Notes: generated from the sequence alone by a model not told the origin. Positions 38,328 through 48,781 are shown, counted from the stretch's first letter. The stretch is DNA of 64,000 nt from Candidatus Latescibacterota bacterium (GCA_965243025.1 CBDETY010000003.1:736001-800000); one strand, 5' to 3'. Program-made: numbers and translations.

Positions 38328-39065
38328 TCATCTGGCCCGCCCGCAGAACCCGGCCACCTCCTCCAGCTCCAGGTCGACGCCCGTGTTGCTCCGCAGCTTG
38401 TCCTCCATCTTCCGGAAGACCCCTGGCAGGTCACGCTTCAGCACTTCACGCACCCCGTTGCTCCCCCGCACTCTGAAGCCTTGCAGACTGAGCAGTTCGG
38501 GCCGGATCGCGCAGCAGATCAAAAGCTCGTGGTACCCCTGCATTGGAAAGAGATGGTCCAGGCGGATCTCGAGATTGTCCTCGAAGGAGAGGCTGGTCCT
38601 CCAGTACGCTTCGGACGCAACCGGCTCCATCCGCTCCCGGAAGAAGGCCTCCCGTTCCTTCGAGTCCAGGTATCCCGCCTCCTCCGGGCAGTAGACCAGG
38701 TCCGAGAACCGCACGCAGGCGGCCCACGTCCGGCTGCGGACCTGGTCGTCCGCGTGGATGCCGATGGTAACGCCATTGACCTTGCCATCCACAATGCCCT
38801 CCGAGCATCCCTGTCTGGCCCTGTTCATGTAGCCGTAGGTGCACGTCCTGGGATCAACCCATCCTGGAATGAACTCCGGCCGGTGCCGATAGTGCGCATC
38901 GTAGATGGTCTCATGTCCATCCGCCGGGCCGTCATATCCGTGAGCCAGCCCGTTCCGGAAGATGCTCACGAGGTTCCCGGGCTCGCTCCCATGGTAGATC
39001 AACCTCGTCTCCTCGAAGTCGGGAAGAAGCCAGTTCATCTCTTCCCGGGACATTACGCCGGGCAT
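38328..39065 (-). CDS. Hypothetical protein with ADP-ribosyltransferase-fold signature
   Basis: LIYHGSEPGNLVSIFRNGL (HG[ST]...I...GL) and YHELLI...IRPELL; GGGAGG RBS before ATG 39065. Confidence 0.55.
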   Translation of the reverse strand: MPGVMSREEMNWLLPDFEETRLIYHGSEPGNLVSIFRNGLAHGYDGPADGHETIYDAHYRHRPEFIPGWVDPRTCTYGYMNRARQGCSEGIVDGKVNGVTIGIHADDQVRSRTWAACVRFSDLVYCPEEAGYLDSKEREAFFRERMEPVASEAYWRTSLSFEDNLEIRLDHLFPMQGYHELLICCAIRPELLSLQGFRVRGSNGVREVLKRDLPGVFRKMEDKLRSNTGVDLELEEVAGFCGRAR

Positions 39066-39230
39066 GTGGAAAGCCTCCCTTCTGTTGCTTGGTACTGAGG
39101 TTTCTGAGACAGGAGTATAGCCAGCCGTGAACTGAGCACGAAAGGTGCGCTGCCCAAAGGTTCGCCCCGGTCCGGGGTCGTATCCTATACTTCGCGCTGA
39201 ACCATGAGAGCCCCGATGGCAGGAGGGTCC

Positions 39231-39917
39231 ATGTCCGTCAGTTTCGAACAGAGTCGCCCGGCCGACCGGATCAGCACGGAAGTCTGGGACATGGTCGGGG
39301 AGCTGGAACCAGCGGCCGTGTCCGATGTGCTGCACGCGCGCGGCTTCCACGACCAGGTCATGCGCCACGGCATCGGTCCCATCGACACTGCGACCCGGCT
39401 GGCCGGCATTGCCCGCACCATGCAGTCCCAGCCCCTGGTCGGCCCCCCGCAGGCCGGCAGGGAATACGAACTGCTCTTCGCCGCGATCGACGGGCTCCAG
39501 CCCGGGGAAGTCCTGGTCACCGACCGCACCGATTGCTGCGTGTGGGGGGAACTGTGCTCCGAAGCGGCGATCTGCCGCGGCGGAAACGGCGCCGTGATCG
39601 ACGGGTTCTCCCGGGATATGGAGCTGGTTCGGAAACTGGGCTTCCCGCTGTTCTGCCGCGGTTCCCACATGAGCGACCTGCTCTATCACCGCACGATTAC
39701 CGGCGTCAACGAAGCCGTTTACTGCGGCGATGTCGCCGTCCGGCCCGGCGACCTCCTGCTGGGATCGGAGGACGGCATCGTGGTTATTCCCGGCAACTCG
39801 ATCCAGGAGGTGGTTCGGGAAGCCTGGGAGAAGGTGAAGACCGAATCGAAGGTCCGGATCGCCCTGCGCAACGGCATGACTGCCGGCGAGGCTTACAGGA
39901 AATTCGGCGTCATGTAG
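39231..39917 (+). CDS. RraA family / HMG-CHA aldolase-like protein
   Basis: AVSDVL, VWGEL, GAVIDGFSRD, VRPGDLLLGSEDGIVVIP. Confidence 0.9.
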   Translation: MSVSFEQSRPADRISTEVWDMVGELEPAAVSDVLHARGFHDQVMRHGIGPIDTATRLAGIARTMQSQPLVGPPQAGREYELLFAAIDGLQPGEVLVTDRTDCCVWGELCSEAAICRGGNGAVIDGFSRDMELVRKLGFPLFCRGSHMSDLLYHRTITGVNEAVYCGDVAVRPGDLLLGSEDGIVVIPGNSIQEVVREAWEKVKTESKVRIALRNGMTAGEAYRKFGVM

Positions 39918-40036
39918 GCCGGGAGTCCCAGCCCTTCTCGAACCGACCGCCGCTTCCGGGGCAGTACTTTGATCCCGGCACCCTGAACACTGCGACCCCG
40001 CCCCTGGCTTCACAGTGGGCACGTCCGAGGCTCGGC

Positions 40037-40849
40037 ATGTCATTCTCCTTTACCGACCGCCACATCCACGAGTACCGCACTCAGGGGTACACCGTCTTCC
40101 GCCAGATCCTGCCGCCCTCGCTGATCGCCGATCTGCGGCGCGTCTGCGACGAGGCGCGGGACCTTGCCCGGCAGCAGCGCGGCCTCCAGGCCCAGCGCCT
40201 GCAGCCGATTGCAGACTTCCCGCTCGAACAGCAGCCCTTTCTCGACTACGCGGAGCTCCCGGCGCTCAACGACGCCATCCACCGCCTGCTCTCGCCGGAT
40301 TTCCGCTTGGGCGGTGCCCCGGTCATGGGGGTGCTCTTCGAACCGGCCGAGTGGCCGTGGTGTACCCACTGGCACCGGGACTGGCGCGACAACATGCCCG
40401 GCCTGGAGCTGGCGCGCTGGGACGAGCACTTCGCCGACGACCGCTACTTCAACCAGGTCAACTGCGCCCTGTACGCCGACTCCTGCACCTGGGTCGTCCC
40501 GGGCAGCCACCTGCGCCGCGACCTGCCGTGCGAAGCAGCGCGTTTCCCGGAGCGCCCCATTGCCAGGCCCGACCTCGAAGGACAGTCCGCTGCCGAGCGC
40601 GAGTCGAGCTGCCGCGAATACGCACGGAGCATGCCCGGCGCCCGGCAGCTCTTCCTCGACGCCGGCGACTTCTGCCTCTACCGCAACACGCTGTGGCACC
40701 TTGGCAGCTACGTGCCCTGGGCAAAAAGGGCGACCCTGCACGACGCAGCGGATACCGACGAGTTCGCCGCCTGGCGAGACGAGACCCTGCGCCTGGTCAA
40801 GGAGCGGCAGGCACAGGGGCACGGGATGGAGAACCCCCATCGTGGCTGA
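40037..40849 (+). CDS. PhyH family dioxygenase
   Basis: EYRTQGYTVFR, WHRD, VVPGSH, LWH. Confidence 0.85.
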   Translation: MSFSFTDRHIHEYRTQGYTVFRQILPPSLIADLRRVCDEARDLARQQRGLQAQRLQPIADFPLEQQPFLDYAELPALNDAIHRLLSPDFRLGGAPVMGVLFEPAEWPWCTHWHRDWRDNMPGLELARWDEHFADDRYFNQVNCALYADSCTWVVPGSHLRRDLPCEAARFPERPIARPDLEGQSAAERESSCREYARSMPGARQLFLDAGDFCLYRNTLWHLGSYVPWAKRATLHDAADTDEFAAWRDETLRLVKERQAQGHGMENPHRG

Positions 40850-40983
40850 ACACAGCGGCTTCGTGAATTTCTGTCGGTATCGGCCTGCGGTGGAGATGCT
40901 CTCAACCGCACCATGCGAACCAGTTCCTGTCTCATGAGCAACCACATCCGGAATCCCGGGCAATCCCGACCTGACCTGCTGCC

Positions 40984-43908
40984 ATGCCCGGGCTGACGCT
41001 GCTGACCGGCGGTCCCGGCAGCGGCAAGACGGACCGGATCGTCTCGCGGCTGGCGGCGCGGTACGAGGACGACCCGTTCTGCGAAGCGGTCGTGCTGGTA
41101 CCGACCGTGCGCCACGGAGACCAGTTCCGCCGCCGTCTGGTCGGTCGATGCGGCGTGGCTCTGCGCCTGCGGGTCGAGACTATCGCTCAGTTCAGCCGGA
41201 CATTGGCCTCAGATGCGAGGATACCGTCCCACTCGGTGGCCGAGGAACTTCTGCATCGAACCATACGCCACGGGATCGTGAGCGGGTCTGCCGCATACTT
41301 CGAGCCTGTTGCCTCAACCAGGGGACTGGGGAATCTCCTCGGCGGCGCCATCGCTGACCTGCTGGCGGAAGGGGTGGATCCCGAAGCCCTGTCGCAAGCC
41401 GCAGAGAGATCCGGATCACCGAGCCTGGAGGCCCTGGGTGCCATCTACAGGGAGTACAGCATAGGTCTCGAACAGGAGAACTGGACTCATCCGGCGCAGG
41501 TCGGCGCGGCTGCGGCGGGTGTCGTCAGGGCAGGTGCGGATCTGCCGGGCACGATCATGCTGGACGGCTTCCATCTCTTTCGCGGGACGGAGATGGACCT
41601 TCTCGAAGCCCTCGCCGGGAAGGCCGCTGTCGTCGTCGCGCTGGACCCGGATGCAGGAGACCGTCCCAGGTACGACTGCGAACGGCTGCGTCATCGATTC
41701 CCGAATGCGGAGGTCACGAAGGTCGAGGGCGATGGTGCATCGTCCGCCAACGTTGTGACAGGCGATGCCTCCGACAGGGAAGGCCAGCTGCGCGCGATAG
41801 CGCGCCAGATCAAGCAGCGCCTGACCGATGAGCCGTCGCTCCGCCCGTCCGACTTCGCCGTGGCATTCCGGCAGGTATCGCCGCACCTGGGCCTTGCCCG
41901 GCAGGTGTTCTCCGAGTACGACCTGCCCCTCGACCCGGCCGCCGGGGAGCCGCTGAGCGCCCGGCCCCTTGGGGCCTGGCTGCGCCGCCTGATGCACCTT
42001 TCCCGGGACGGCTGGCACCTGCGTGACGTCGTCGCCGTGCTGTCCAGCGGGTTCGTCGATCGCCGCCGCTGGCGGCTCTCCCGCGGAGGCGTGGCCGCCT
42101 TTGCCCGGCGGGCCCGGGAGAACAACCTCTGGGCGGGGCTCGACGCGCTCGGCCGCGCCGTGGACGGGCTGCGCAGTGACGCCGACGACCCGGAGAAGAG
42201 CGACCGGGACCGCGAGTGGCTGGGGGAAGCTGCGTCGGGCATGTCGGCCGCCCTGGAGGATCTGCGTTCGCTCCTGGAACGGTCACCCGGGACGATGGCA
42301 GAGCATGCGCGCCATTTCGACGAGACGCTGTTCGGCAGTCAGGCCCTGGTGGATCCCCGGTCCGGGGCGCAGCCGGGCGTGGAGGTGGAGCTCGATGCCC
42401 TGCGAGGCCAGCTTCAGGACCTGATCCATACACACGAGGTCCTGGGAGGAGGGCAGGAGTCCTTCGAGTCGTTCCTGGCGCGGCTCGAAGCGAGGTTCGA
42501 CGCTGCGACAGTGCTGCTGCGCGAGCCCGGAGGCGTGCTCCTCGCGCCGATGCACACCCTGCACGGCCTGCGTTTCGACTTCGTTGCGATAGGGGGTCTG
42601 GTCGAGGGAGAGTTCCCCGCGCCGCGCAGCTACCACTCGCTTCTCGACAGGGACGCCATTGATCTGCTGAATCGCTGCGGGCTTGGGGTCCCCCCGCTTG
42701 CCCGGCTCTCGGAAGACGAGCTGTGGGTATCGGTGTCCTCCCGTGCCGACCGGGTGCTGTCCCTGTGGAGGACCCGGCTCAACGAACGCGGCCGGTCGGT
42801 GGCGGCTTCCTACTACTACGGCAGCCTGCAGCCCGACGCGTGCATCGAGGCGGGGATGTCCATCGATCCCGAAGAAGCCGGCTCGGCGCGCGAGCTGGCG
42901 ATCGCCTGCGCCTTGCAGTGGCCGGACCAGGGCCGGCGGCGGCCGCGCGGGGAGTTGGCCTGGTCCACTGTGCGCTCCGCGGTCGCCGTCGAGCAGCTCC
43001 GCCGCTCATCCAGGAATGCAGGTGAGTACGAGGGCCGCTTGACCGATGGATTGGTGCCCAAGCTCACGGGTGCCTGCGCAACCTGGAGCGCCAGCCGGAT
43101 CGAGTCCTACCAGACCTGCGCCTTCCAGTTCTTCGGCCACTACGCCCTGGGGCTTCGCGAGATCGAGGAGGAGCTCGAGAGCGCTGACGCCGCCATCCGG
43201 GGAAGCGTCGTGCACGAGATCCTGCAGGACGCCGTTGCTCCCCTTGTGAAACAGGGACGCCCACTGCTGCCCGAAACCCTGCCCGAGGTGCTGGCGCGTC
43301 TCGGGGCCAACGGCCGGGATAAGTGGAACAGCGCTCCCAGGGAGAAGGGCTTCGGCCGGGCCGCTCTCTGGCGGCTGGATGGGGAGGACACATTCCGGAA
43401 AATGGAGCTGCTCCTGCAGCGGGAGGCTGAACGGAGCGAGCAGTCGGGAGTGACCCGGATCATCGGCGCCGAGGAGGAGATCGAGGCCACGCTCCCGCTG
43501 GATCCGCCCTTGCGTCTGCAGGCGAAGATAGACCGACTGGAGGAGGGGGAAGGCAGGGTGGTGATCGTCGACTACAAGTCCGGGCGCGAGATACCACGTT
43601 CTCACGTGGAGGAGGGACGCCGCGTTCAGCTCCAGCTGTACGGATACGCCGGACGCCACAGGACCGGGGCGGAGAGGGTCATCGCCCGCTACGCCTGGCT
43701 CGATCCCCAGGCCAGGGAGTGGGAGATCGACTCCTCGCTCGCCGATGATGCACTCCTGCTGGACCATGTCGCGGAGATCGCCCGGGAAGTCCGGGATTCC
43801 GTCGACTCGGGCGATTTCAGAGTCAATCCCCAGGTGCCCTGTCCGACCTACTGCTCGTTCCGCCACGTCTGCCGGGTCAACGAGTTCAGTCGATGGAAAT
43901 GGGACTGA
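40984..43908 (+). CDS. addB: ATP-dependent helicase/nuclease subunit B-like (PD-(D/E)XK, Fe-S staple)
   Basis: GGPGSGKT, DGF, WSASRIESYQTCAFQFF, KIDRL, IVDYKSG, QLQLY, CPTYCSFRHVC. Confidence 0.85.
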   Translation: MPGLTLLTGGPGSGKTDRIVSRLAARYEDDPFCEAVVLVPTVRHGDQFRRRLVGRCGVALRLRVETIAQFSRTLASDARIPSHSVAEELLHRTIRHGIVSGSAAYFEPVASTRGLGNLLGGAIADLLAEGVDPEALSQAAERSGSPSLEALGAIYREYSIGLEQENWTHPAQVGAAAAGVVRAGADLPGTIMLDGFHLFRGTEMDLLEALAGKAAVVVALDPDAGDRPRYDCERLRHRFPNAEVTKVEGDGASSANVVTGDASDREGQLRAIARQIKQRLTDEPSLRPSDFAVAFRQVSPHLGLARQVFSEYDLPLDPAAGEPLSARPLGAWLRRLMHLSRDGWHLRDVVAVLSSGFVDRRRWRLSRGGVAAFARRARENNLWAGLDALGRAVDGLRSDADDPEKSDRDREWLGEAASGMSAALEDLRSLLERSPGTMAEHARHFDETLFGSQALVDPRSGAQPGVEVELDALRGQLQDLIHTHEVLGGGQESFESFLARLEARFDAATVLLREPGGVLLAPMHTLHGLRFDFVAIGGLVEGEFPAPRSYHSLLDRDAIDLLNRCGLGVPPLARLSEDELWVSVSSRADRVLSLWRTRLNERGRSVAASYYYGSLQPDACIEAGMSIDPEEAGSARELAIACALQWPDQGRRRPRGELAWSTVRSAVAVEQLRRSSRNAGEYEGRLTDGLVPKLTGACATWSASRIESYQTCAFQFFGHYALGLREIEEELESADAAIRGSVVHEILQDAVAPLVKQGRPLLPETLPEVLARLGANGRDKWNSAPREKGFGRAALWRLDGEDTFRKMELLLQREAERSEQSGVTRIIGAEEEIEATLPLDPPLRLQAKIDRLEEGEGRVVIVDYKSGREIPRSHVEEGRRVQLQLYGYAGRHRTGAERVIARYAWLDPQAREWEIDSSLADDALLLDHVAEIAREVRDSVDSGDFRVNPQVPCPTYCSFRHVCRVNEFSRWKWD

Positions 43909-46900
43909 CAGCGGAGCAGACAGGGATCCTGGCCGAGCGCGGCCGTGACGTGCTGGTCACCGCCGGCGCCGGCAGCGGCAAGACCAGCGTCCTCGTCGAT
44001 CGCTACGTCTCCCTGCTCGGGGACCACCGCATCTCCGAGATGGCGGCCGTCACCTTCACCGACGCCGCCGCCACCGAGATGCGCGAGCGCGTGCGCAGGG
44101 AGGTGCTCACGAGGGAGGAGCTGCGGCATCACCGGGCGGAGATCGACGAGGCCATCATCGGCACCATCCACTCCCTCTGCCTCCGGATTCTGCGGGAGCA
44201 TCCCGTCGAGGCGGCCATCGATCCCGCCACGAGGGTCCTCTCCGATGACGAGGCCGAGTTCGAGCTGACCGGGGCCTGCATCGATGCCCTGGAGGCTGCC
44301 GCCGACGCCGACGATCAGCGGGCCCTGGCGCTGCGGGAACTAGGTCTGTACGCGGCGACCATCCAGCTTCCCCGGATGGTCGAGAGGCGCGACGAGGTCG
44401 AGTACGCGTACAAGGCGCTTCCGGGGGAAACCGTGGAGGGCTGGGCGGAGTATGTCAGGAATCTGCTGGATGAGAAGCTCCGGGCGGCGGTGGAAGAGGC
44501 GCGGCCGATGCTGGCGGAGCGGGCGGCGTGGCTGCGTGCTGCCCTCGAGGGATCCGGAGACGATGCCCTGTCCTCGCGCCTCCGTGACTGTCTGGCGGCC
44601 TTGGGCGACCCCGATGCAGGGGACGCGTCAGACCTGCTGGCCCGCGTCGAGGAGGCGGGGGGCAGAGTCAACCTGAGAGGCGGTAGTGCGCGGAACTGGG
44701 CGGCGGACATCAAGGAGGTCAAAGAGGCCATGGGCTCGATCCGGGACATGGCCAAGGAGTTCAACGCCTTCCCTCGCTGGAACGAGCACGACCAGGTCGC
44801 CCTGGAGGCCCTCGCATCGCTGCGGAGACTCTTCAGGGACGCCTGCAATCGCTACTCCGCCCGCAAGCGGGAGCTGGTCGCCCTCGACTATCTCGACCTC
44901 GAGATCATGGCCACACACCTCCTCCGCTCCCATCCGGAGATCGCCGCTTCCTACGGGTCGCGCCTGCGGCACCTGATGGTGGACGAGCTTCAGGATACCA
45001 ACCCCACCCAGATCGCATTCCTCGACCTCCTGAAAGGACCCGAGCGTTTCTTCGTCGGCGACGTGAAGCAGGCGATCTACCGCTTCCGCGGAAGCGACGT
45101 CCGCAACTTCACACGGCTCCACAAACAGATCGAGGCCGAGGGGGCCATCCATTCCCTGAGCCAGTCCTTCCGCGCCCACGACCCCCTCGTCGGGTCGCTC
45201 AACGCCCTCTTCGAGCACGTCTTCGCGGACCCGCTGGAGGAGTTCGAGGCGCCGATGCAGGCGATGACCGGACGAGGATCGGAGGCGCCCGAGTCGCCGT
45301 ACCTCGTGCTGCTGCCGGTCTCCAATCGAACGCCTGAGGGCGAAAGGACCGGCGACCATGACCGCAGAAGGGTCGAGGCGGATGCCGTGGCCGCGGAAGT
45401 GGCCTCCCTCCTGCGCCGTCCCGCCATCGTGTGGGACAGGGACGAGCGGGGGGAGCGCCCCGCGCGGGCCTCCGACGTGGCCGTCCTGCTTCGCCGGCTG
45501 ACGAACGTCCACCTCTTCGAGCAGGCGCTGGAGAGCCGCGGAGTCCCCTGCCGCACCGTAGCCGGCGCCGGGTTCTTCACCAGGCAGGAGGTCCTCGACC
45601 TCACCAACCTCCTGGGGTGGCTGGCCGAGCCGGACGATTCCATCGCCCTGGCAGGCGCTCTCCGGTCGCCGCTGTTCACGATCGACGACCAGTCCCTCCT
45701 GGCGCTCCGGTCCCATCACCCGAATCTCCTCAGAGCGCTCGGCGATCCACCCGAGTCCCTGCCCCCGGAGGTCCGCCAGCTCTGCGGGCATGCCGCCGAG
45801 GTGCTCGGAGAACTGCGAGACGGTGTCGCATTCCTGCCGGCCGACGCGCTCCTCGAGAGAGCCCTGGCCCTCACCGGTTTCGAGGCCGCGTGGGCGCCTC
45901 TGCAGGGAGGCGATCAGGCGCTGGCCAACATACGCAAGTTCGTGGACCTGGCCCGGCAGTTGGCCGGCACCTCGCTCGACGAGTTCGTGACCTACGTTCG
46001 CCGCCGGCGGGACGAGCTGCAGGCCCGGGAAGGCCAGGCGGTTCTCGACCAGTCCAACGCCGTGCGGCTGCTGACCGTGCACGGAGCCAAGGGCCTGCAG
46101 TTCCCCATCGTCTTCGTGCCCGAGGCGCATCTGCCATCGCGTGTGGGCTTCGATGCCGTCCGGTGGCGCACCGGGGAGGGGATCTCCGTCACGCTCGAGA
46201 AAGAGATCGGCTCTGATGAGGGCCGCCGCAGACGCCCGGGGTTCTACTCCTACCTGTTGAGCCGGGACCAGGCGGAGGAGACGGCCGAGCACAAGCGTCT
46301 CTTCTACGTCGCAGCCACCCGGGCGGCCGACGTGCTGTACATCACCGGCGATCATGCGGAATCCGGCGACACATGGCTCGCCGCCGCTCAAGTTGCCCTC
46401 GGCGAGGCCGCGGGGGGAGTGGAGATACGCTCAGCCATCCCCGTTGATCTCAAGGCCATCGCCGACAGGGTGCCGCCCAGGTCGGTGCAGGTACCGCCCG
46501 AGGACGAGGAAGAGGACTTCGTGGCTCCGCTGGCGGCCCGGCCGCCCGTGATCCCCCTGCGCTCCAGCACCCCCGTGACATCCCTGAGATTGGAGGAGCC
46601 TTCTCGCAGCGACTTCCACCACGGCGACGGTCTCGGCCTCGTCCGCGGCAGCCTCGCGCACGATGCCATCGAGGAGTGGTTCAAGACCGGACAGCGGCCC
46701 CGGTTGGACGAGTTGATGCGCAGCGTGGATGAGGGTCTGGGAGAGCAGGCCGTGCGGGGGGTTGTCGCCGAAGTCGAGGGTATGCTCGACATCTTCGACG
46801 ACAGCCCGCTGGCGGACACCCTTCGGGACGGGGGAACTCGCTCCTGGTTCGAGCTGCCCTTTTCGTGGGACTGGGAGGGCGTGCCGGTGCACGGCACCAT

Positions 46901-47219
46901 CGACCTGGCCTATGAGGCCGGGGGCGCCTGGCATGTTCTCGACTTCAAGACCGACGACCTGCGCGGCAGGTCGTTGGCCGGCGCTTCCGAAGCCTACCTT
47001 CCTCAGCTCGCCCTGTACTCCTCCGCCCTGGAGAGGGCAGTCGGCAGATCTCCTGCCGTCGGGCTGCTGTTCCTGCGAACCGGCGAAGTGTACGTCCCGC
47101 CTTCCGCAGACCTGGCCAGAGCCCTGGCAGTCACTCGCGGCCGGATAGACAACGGGGATCTGCTCGATACACCGCTATCCATGTTCGAGGGTGTCCAGGC
47201 ACTCGATCCCGACGCGTGA
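43893..47219 (+). CDS. addA: ATP-dependent helicase/nuclease subunit A-like (UvrD + RecB nuclease)
   Basis: AGAGSGKT, TIHS, VDELQDT, VGDVKQAIYRFRG, TVHGAKGLQFP, FYVAATRA, GTIDL, DFKTD, QLALY. Confidence 0.9.
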   Translation: MEMGLTAEQTGILAERGRDVLVTAGAGSGKTSVLVDRYVSLLGDHRISEMAAVTFTDAAATEMRERVRREVLTREELRHHRAEIDEAIIGTIHSLCLRILREHPVEAAIDPATRVLSDDEAEFELTGACIDALEAAADADDQRALALRELGLYAATIQLPRMVERRDEVEYAYKALPGETVEGWAEYVRNLLDEKLRAAVEEARPMLAERAAWLRAALEGSGDDALSSRLRDCLAALGDPDAGDASDLLARVEEAGGRVNLRGGSARNWAADIKEVKEAMGSIRDMAKEFNAFPRWNEHDQVALEALASLRRLFRDACNRYSARKRELVALDYLDLEIMATHLLRSHPEIAASYGSRLRHLMVDELQDTNPTQIAFLDLLKGPERFFVGDVKQAIYRFRGSDVRNFTRLHKQIEAEGAIHSLSQSFRAHDPLVGSLNALFEHVFADPLEEFEAPMQAMTGRGSEAPESPYLVLLPVSNRTPEGERTGDHDRRRVEADAVAAEVASLLRRPAIVWDRDERGERPARASDVAVLLRRLTNVHLFEQALESRGVPCRTVAGAGFFTRQEVLDLTNLLGWLAEPDDSIALAGALRSPLFTIDDQSLLALRSHHPNLLRALGDPPESLPPEVRQLCGHAAEVLGELRDGVAFLPADALLERALALTGFEAAWAPLQGGDQALANIRKFVDLARQLAGTSLDEFVTYVRRRRDELQAREGQAVLDQSNAVRLLTVHGAKGLQFPIVFVPEAHLPSRVGFDAVRWRTGEGISVTLEKEIGSDEGRRRRPGFYSYLLSRDQAEETAEHKRLFYVAATRAADVLYITGDHAESGDTWLAAAQVALGEAAGGVEIRSAIPVDLKAIADRVPPRSVQVPPEDEEEDFVAPLAARPPVIPLRSSTPVTSLRLEEPSRSDFHHGDGLGLVRGSLAHDAIEEWFKTGQRPRLDELMRSVDEGLGEQAVRGVVAEVEGMLDIFDDSPLADTLRDGGTRSWFELPFSWDWEGVPVHGTIDLAYEAGGAWHVLDFKTDDLRGRSLAGASEAYLPQLALYSSALERAVGRSPAVGLLFLRTGEVYVPPSADLARALAVTRGRIDNGDLLDTPLSMFEGVQALDPDA

Positions 47220-47262
47220 CGGAAGCGGGAACCTGCCGGGAAGTCTTACACAGGGAAAGCAA

Positions 47263-47741
47263 TCAGCGCCGGAACGCCTGGGGAACAGACGTCTCGTACG
47301 GTACCGCTCCCGATTCGTCCACTTCGTAGCCGTACCGATCCAGGTAGTGACGTGCCGGAAGCAGTGCGTCGCCCCGGCGGGACATCTCCCTTTCCAGGAG
47401 AGCGTCCATCCGGCGCTGCAGACCGGCATGTTCCGTCTTGCCCGCGAGGTTCCGCATCTGGAAGGGGTCTTCCTGGTTGTCGTACAGCACTCCGCCGGCA
47501 GGCGCACGTCGTTCATGAACATGCCGGTCGTCAACGGGTACTGACCGGTCAGAAAGGCCGCCCGCCATGGCGTGCAGACCGGTATGTTGGCGACCGCCAG
47601 GTCGAAAACGACACCCTCACCGGCCATCCGGTCCATGTAAGGGGTGCGTACCCGACCGCTTCCGGCGAATCCCGTACTGCACCATCGGTGCTGATCGCCG
47701 AAAACGAAAACGATGTTGGGGGGGGATTGATGTTCGGCCAA
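47263..47741 (-). pseudogene. Sulfatase with large internal deletion
   Basis: N-terminus PNIVFVFGDQHR...CTPWR joined out of frame near 47495 to C-terminus LYDNQEDPFQMRNL. Confidence 0.85.
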
Positions 47742-48019
47742 GTTTGCCCTCAAGGGCACCGTCGAATCCTGGATTGATCCCGATATCGGGCGGACAGGAA
47801 CAGAACCTGCAAGGAGTTCGGATGTCAAACGAAACTGCGCAAGCATTGCCTGGAGCTACACCCTGACGTTGGAAGGCGATCCTGCCGCGCAGGTGGTCGA
47901 GGCTCTCGACAGGTACGTTACCGATCTTCCATCGTCACCTGAGCTTGCCCGAACCATCTCAGCAGCAGACCTCGGGTGCGGGTTAGGATGAGTCCGGGGC
48001 AGGGAGTATCCTTACCCGC

Positions 48020-48781
48020 ATGCGAGCGCTGATCCTGGGCGCGGGCCGGGGCCGCCGGCTCAATGCCCTCACCGACGAACAGCCGAAGCCGTACGCCCCG
48101 ATCGGCGGCCGGCGGATCCTCGACTGGCTGCTGCAGGCCCTGGGCGAGGCCGGGGTGAGCGACTTCGTCTTCATCGGCGGCTACCGCATCGACCAGGTCC
48201 GCGGCGACTACCCTGAAATGACCTTCTGCCGCAACCCCGACTGGGAGAGCACCAACATTCTCGCTTCCCTCATGTGCGCCGAGGATCACATGGACGGCGG
48301 CTTCCTCGTCACCTACGCCGACATCCTCTACCGGTCCGCCGTCGTGCGTCTGGCCCTCGAACATCCCGGGGACGCGGTCCTCTGCGTCGACACCCGCTGG
48401 CGGGATCGCTACGCCGACCGCAGCCAGCACCCGGAGGAGGACGCCGAGAAGGTCATCACCGGGGGGGACCGGGTGCTGCAGATCAGCCGCGGGCTACCCT
48501 CCTCCGAGGCCGCCGGGGAGTACATCGGCGTGGCCCGGTTCTCGGCCGCCGGCGCGGGCGCCCTGCGCCGCTGCTACCACCGGTTGAAAACGCGGTTCGA
48601 CGGGCAGGTCTGGCAGGACGGAGCCCCCTTCCGCCAGGCCTACCTAATCCATCTTTATCAGCACATGCTCGAACAGGGAGAAAGGTTTCACATGGTGACC
48701 ACGGAAGGGGAGTACGCCGAGGTCGACACCGAGGAGGACTACGCCCTGGCAAACGAGAGCTGGCCCCGGAGGTACGCCTGA
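48020..48781 (+). CDS. Phosphocholine/phosphonate cytidylyltransferase-family nucleotidyltransferase
   Basis: ILGAGRGRRL...PK, GGY, N..W.STN...SL, YADI, EK, GEYIG, EVDTEED. Confidence 0.88.
   Translation: MRALILGAGRGRRLNALTDEQPKPYAPIGGRRILDWLLQALGEAGVSDFVFIGGYRIDQVRGDYPEMTFCRNPDWESTNILASLMCAEDHMDGGFLVTYADILYRSAVVRLALEHPGDAVLCVDTRWRDRYADRSQHPEEDAEKVITGGDRVLQISRGLPSSEAAGEYIGVARFSAAGAGALRRCYHRLKTRFDGQVWQDGAPFRQAYLIHLYQHMLEQGERFHMVTTEGEYAEVDTEEDYALANESWPRRYA

Noticed and set aside
39066-40043. N-terminal two-thirds of the 571-aa minus ORF 38328-40043
   Set aside because: Antisense to the RraA gene; the real gene starts at ATG 39065 with its own RBS
47810-48010. Short ORF MSNETAQALPGATP with RBS
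   Set aside because: 14 codons with no recognisable homology; probably debris
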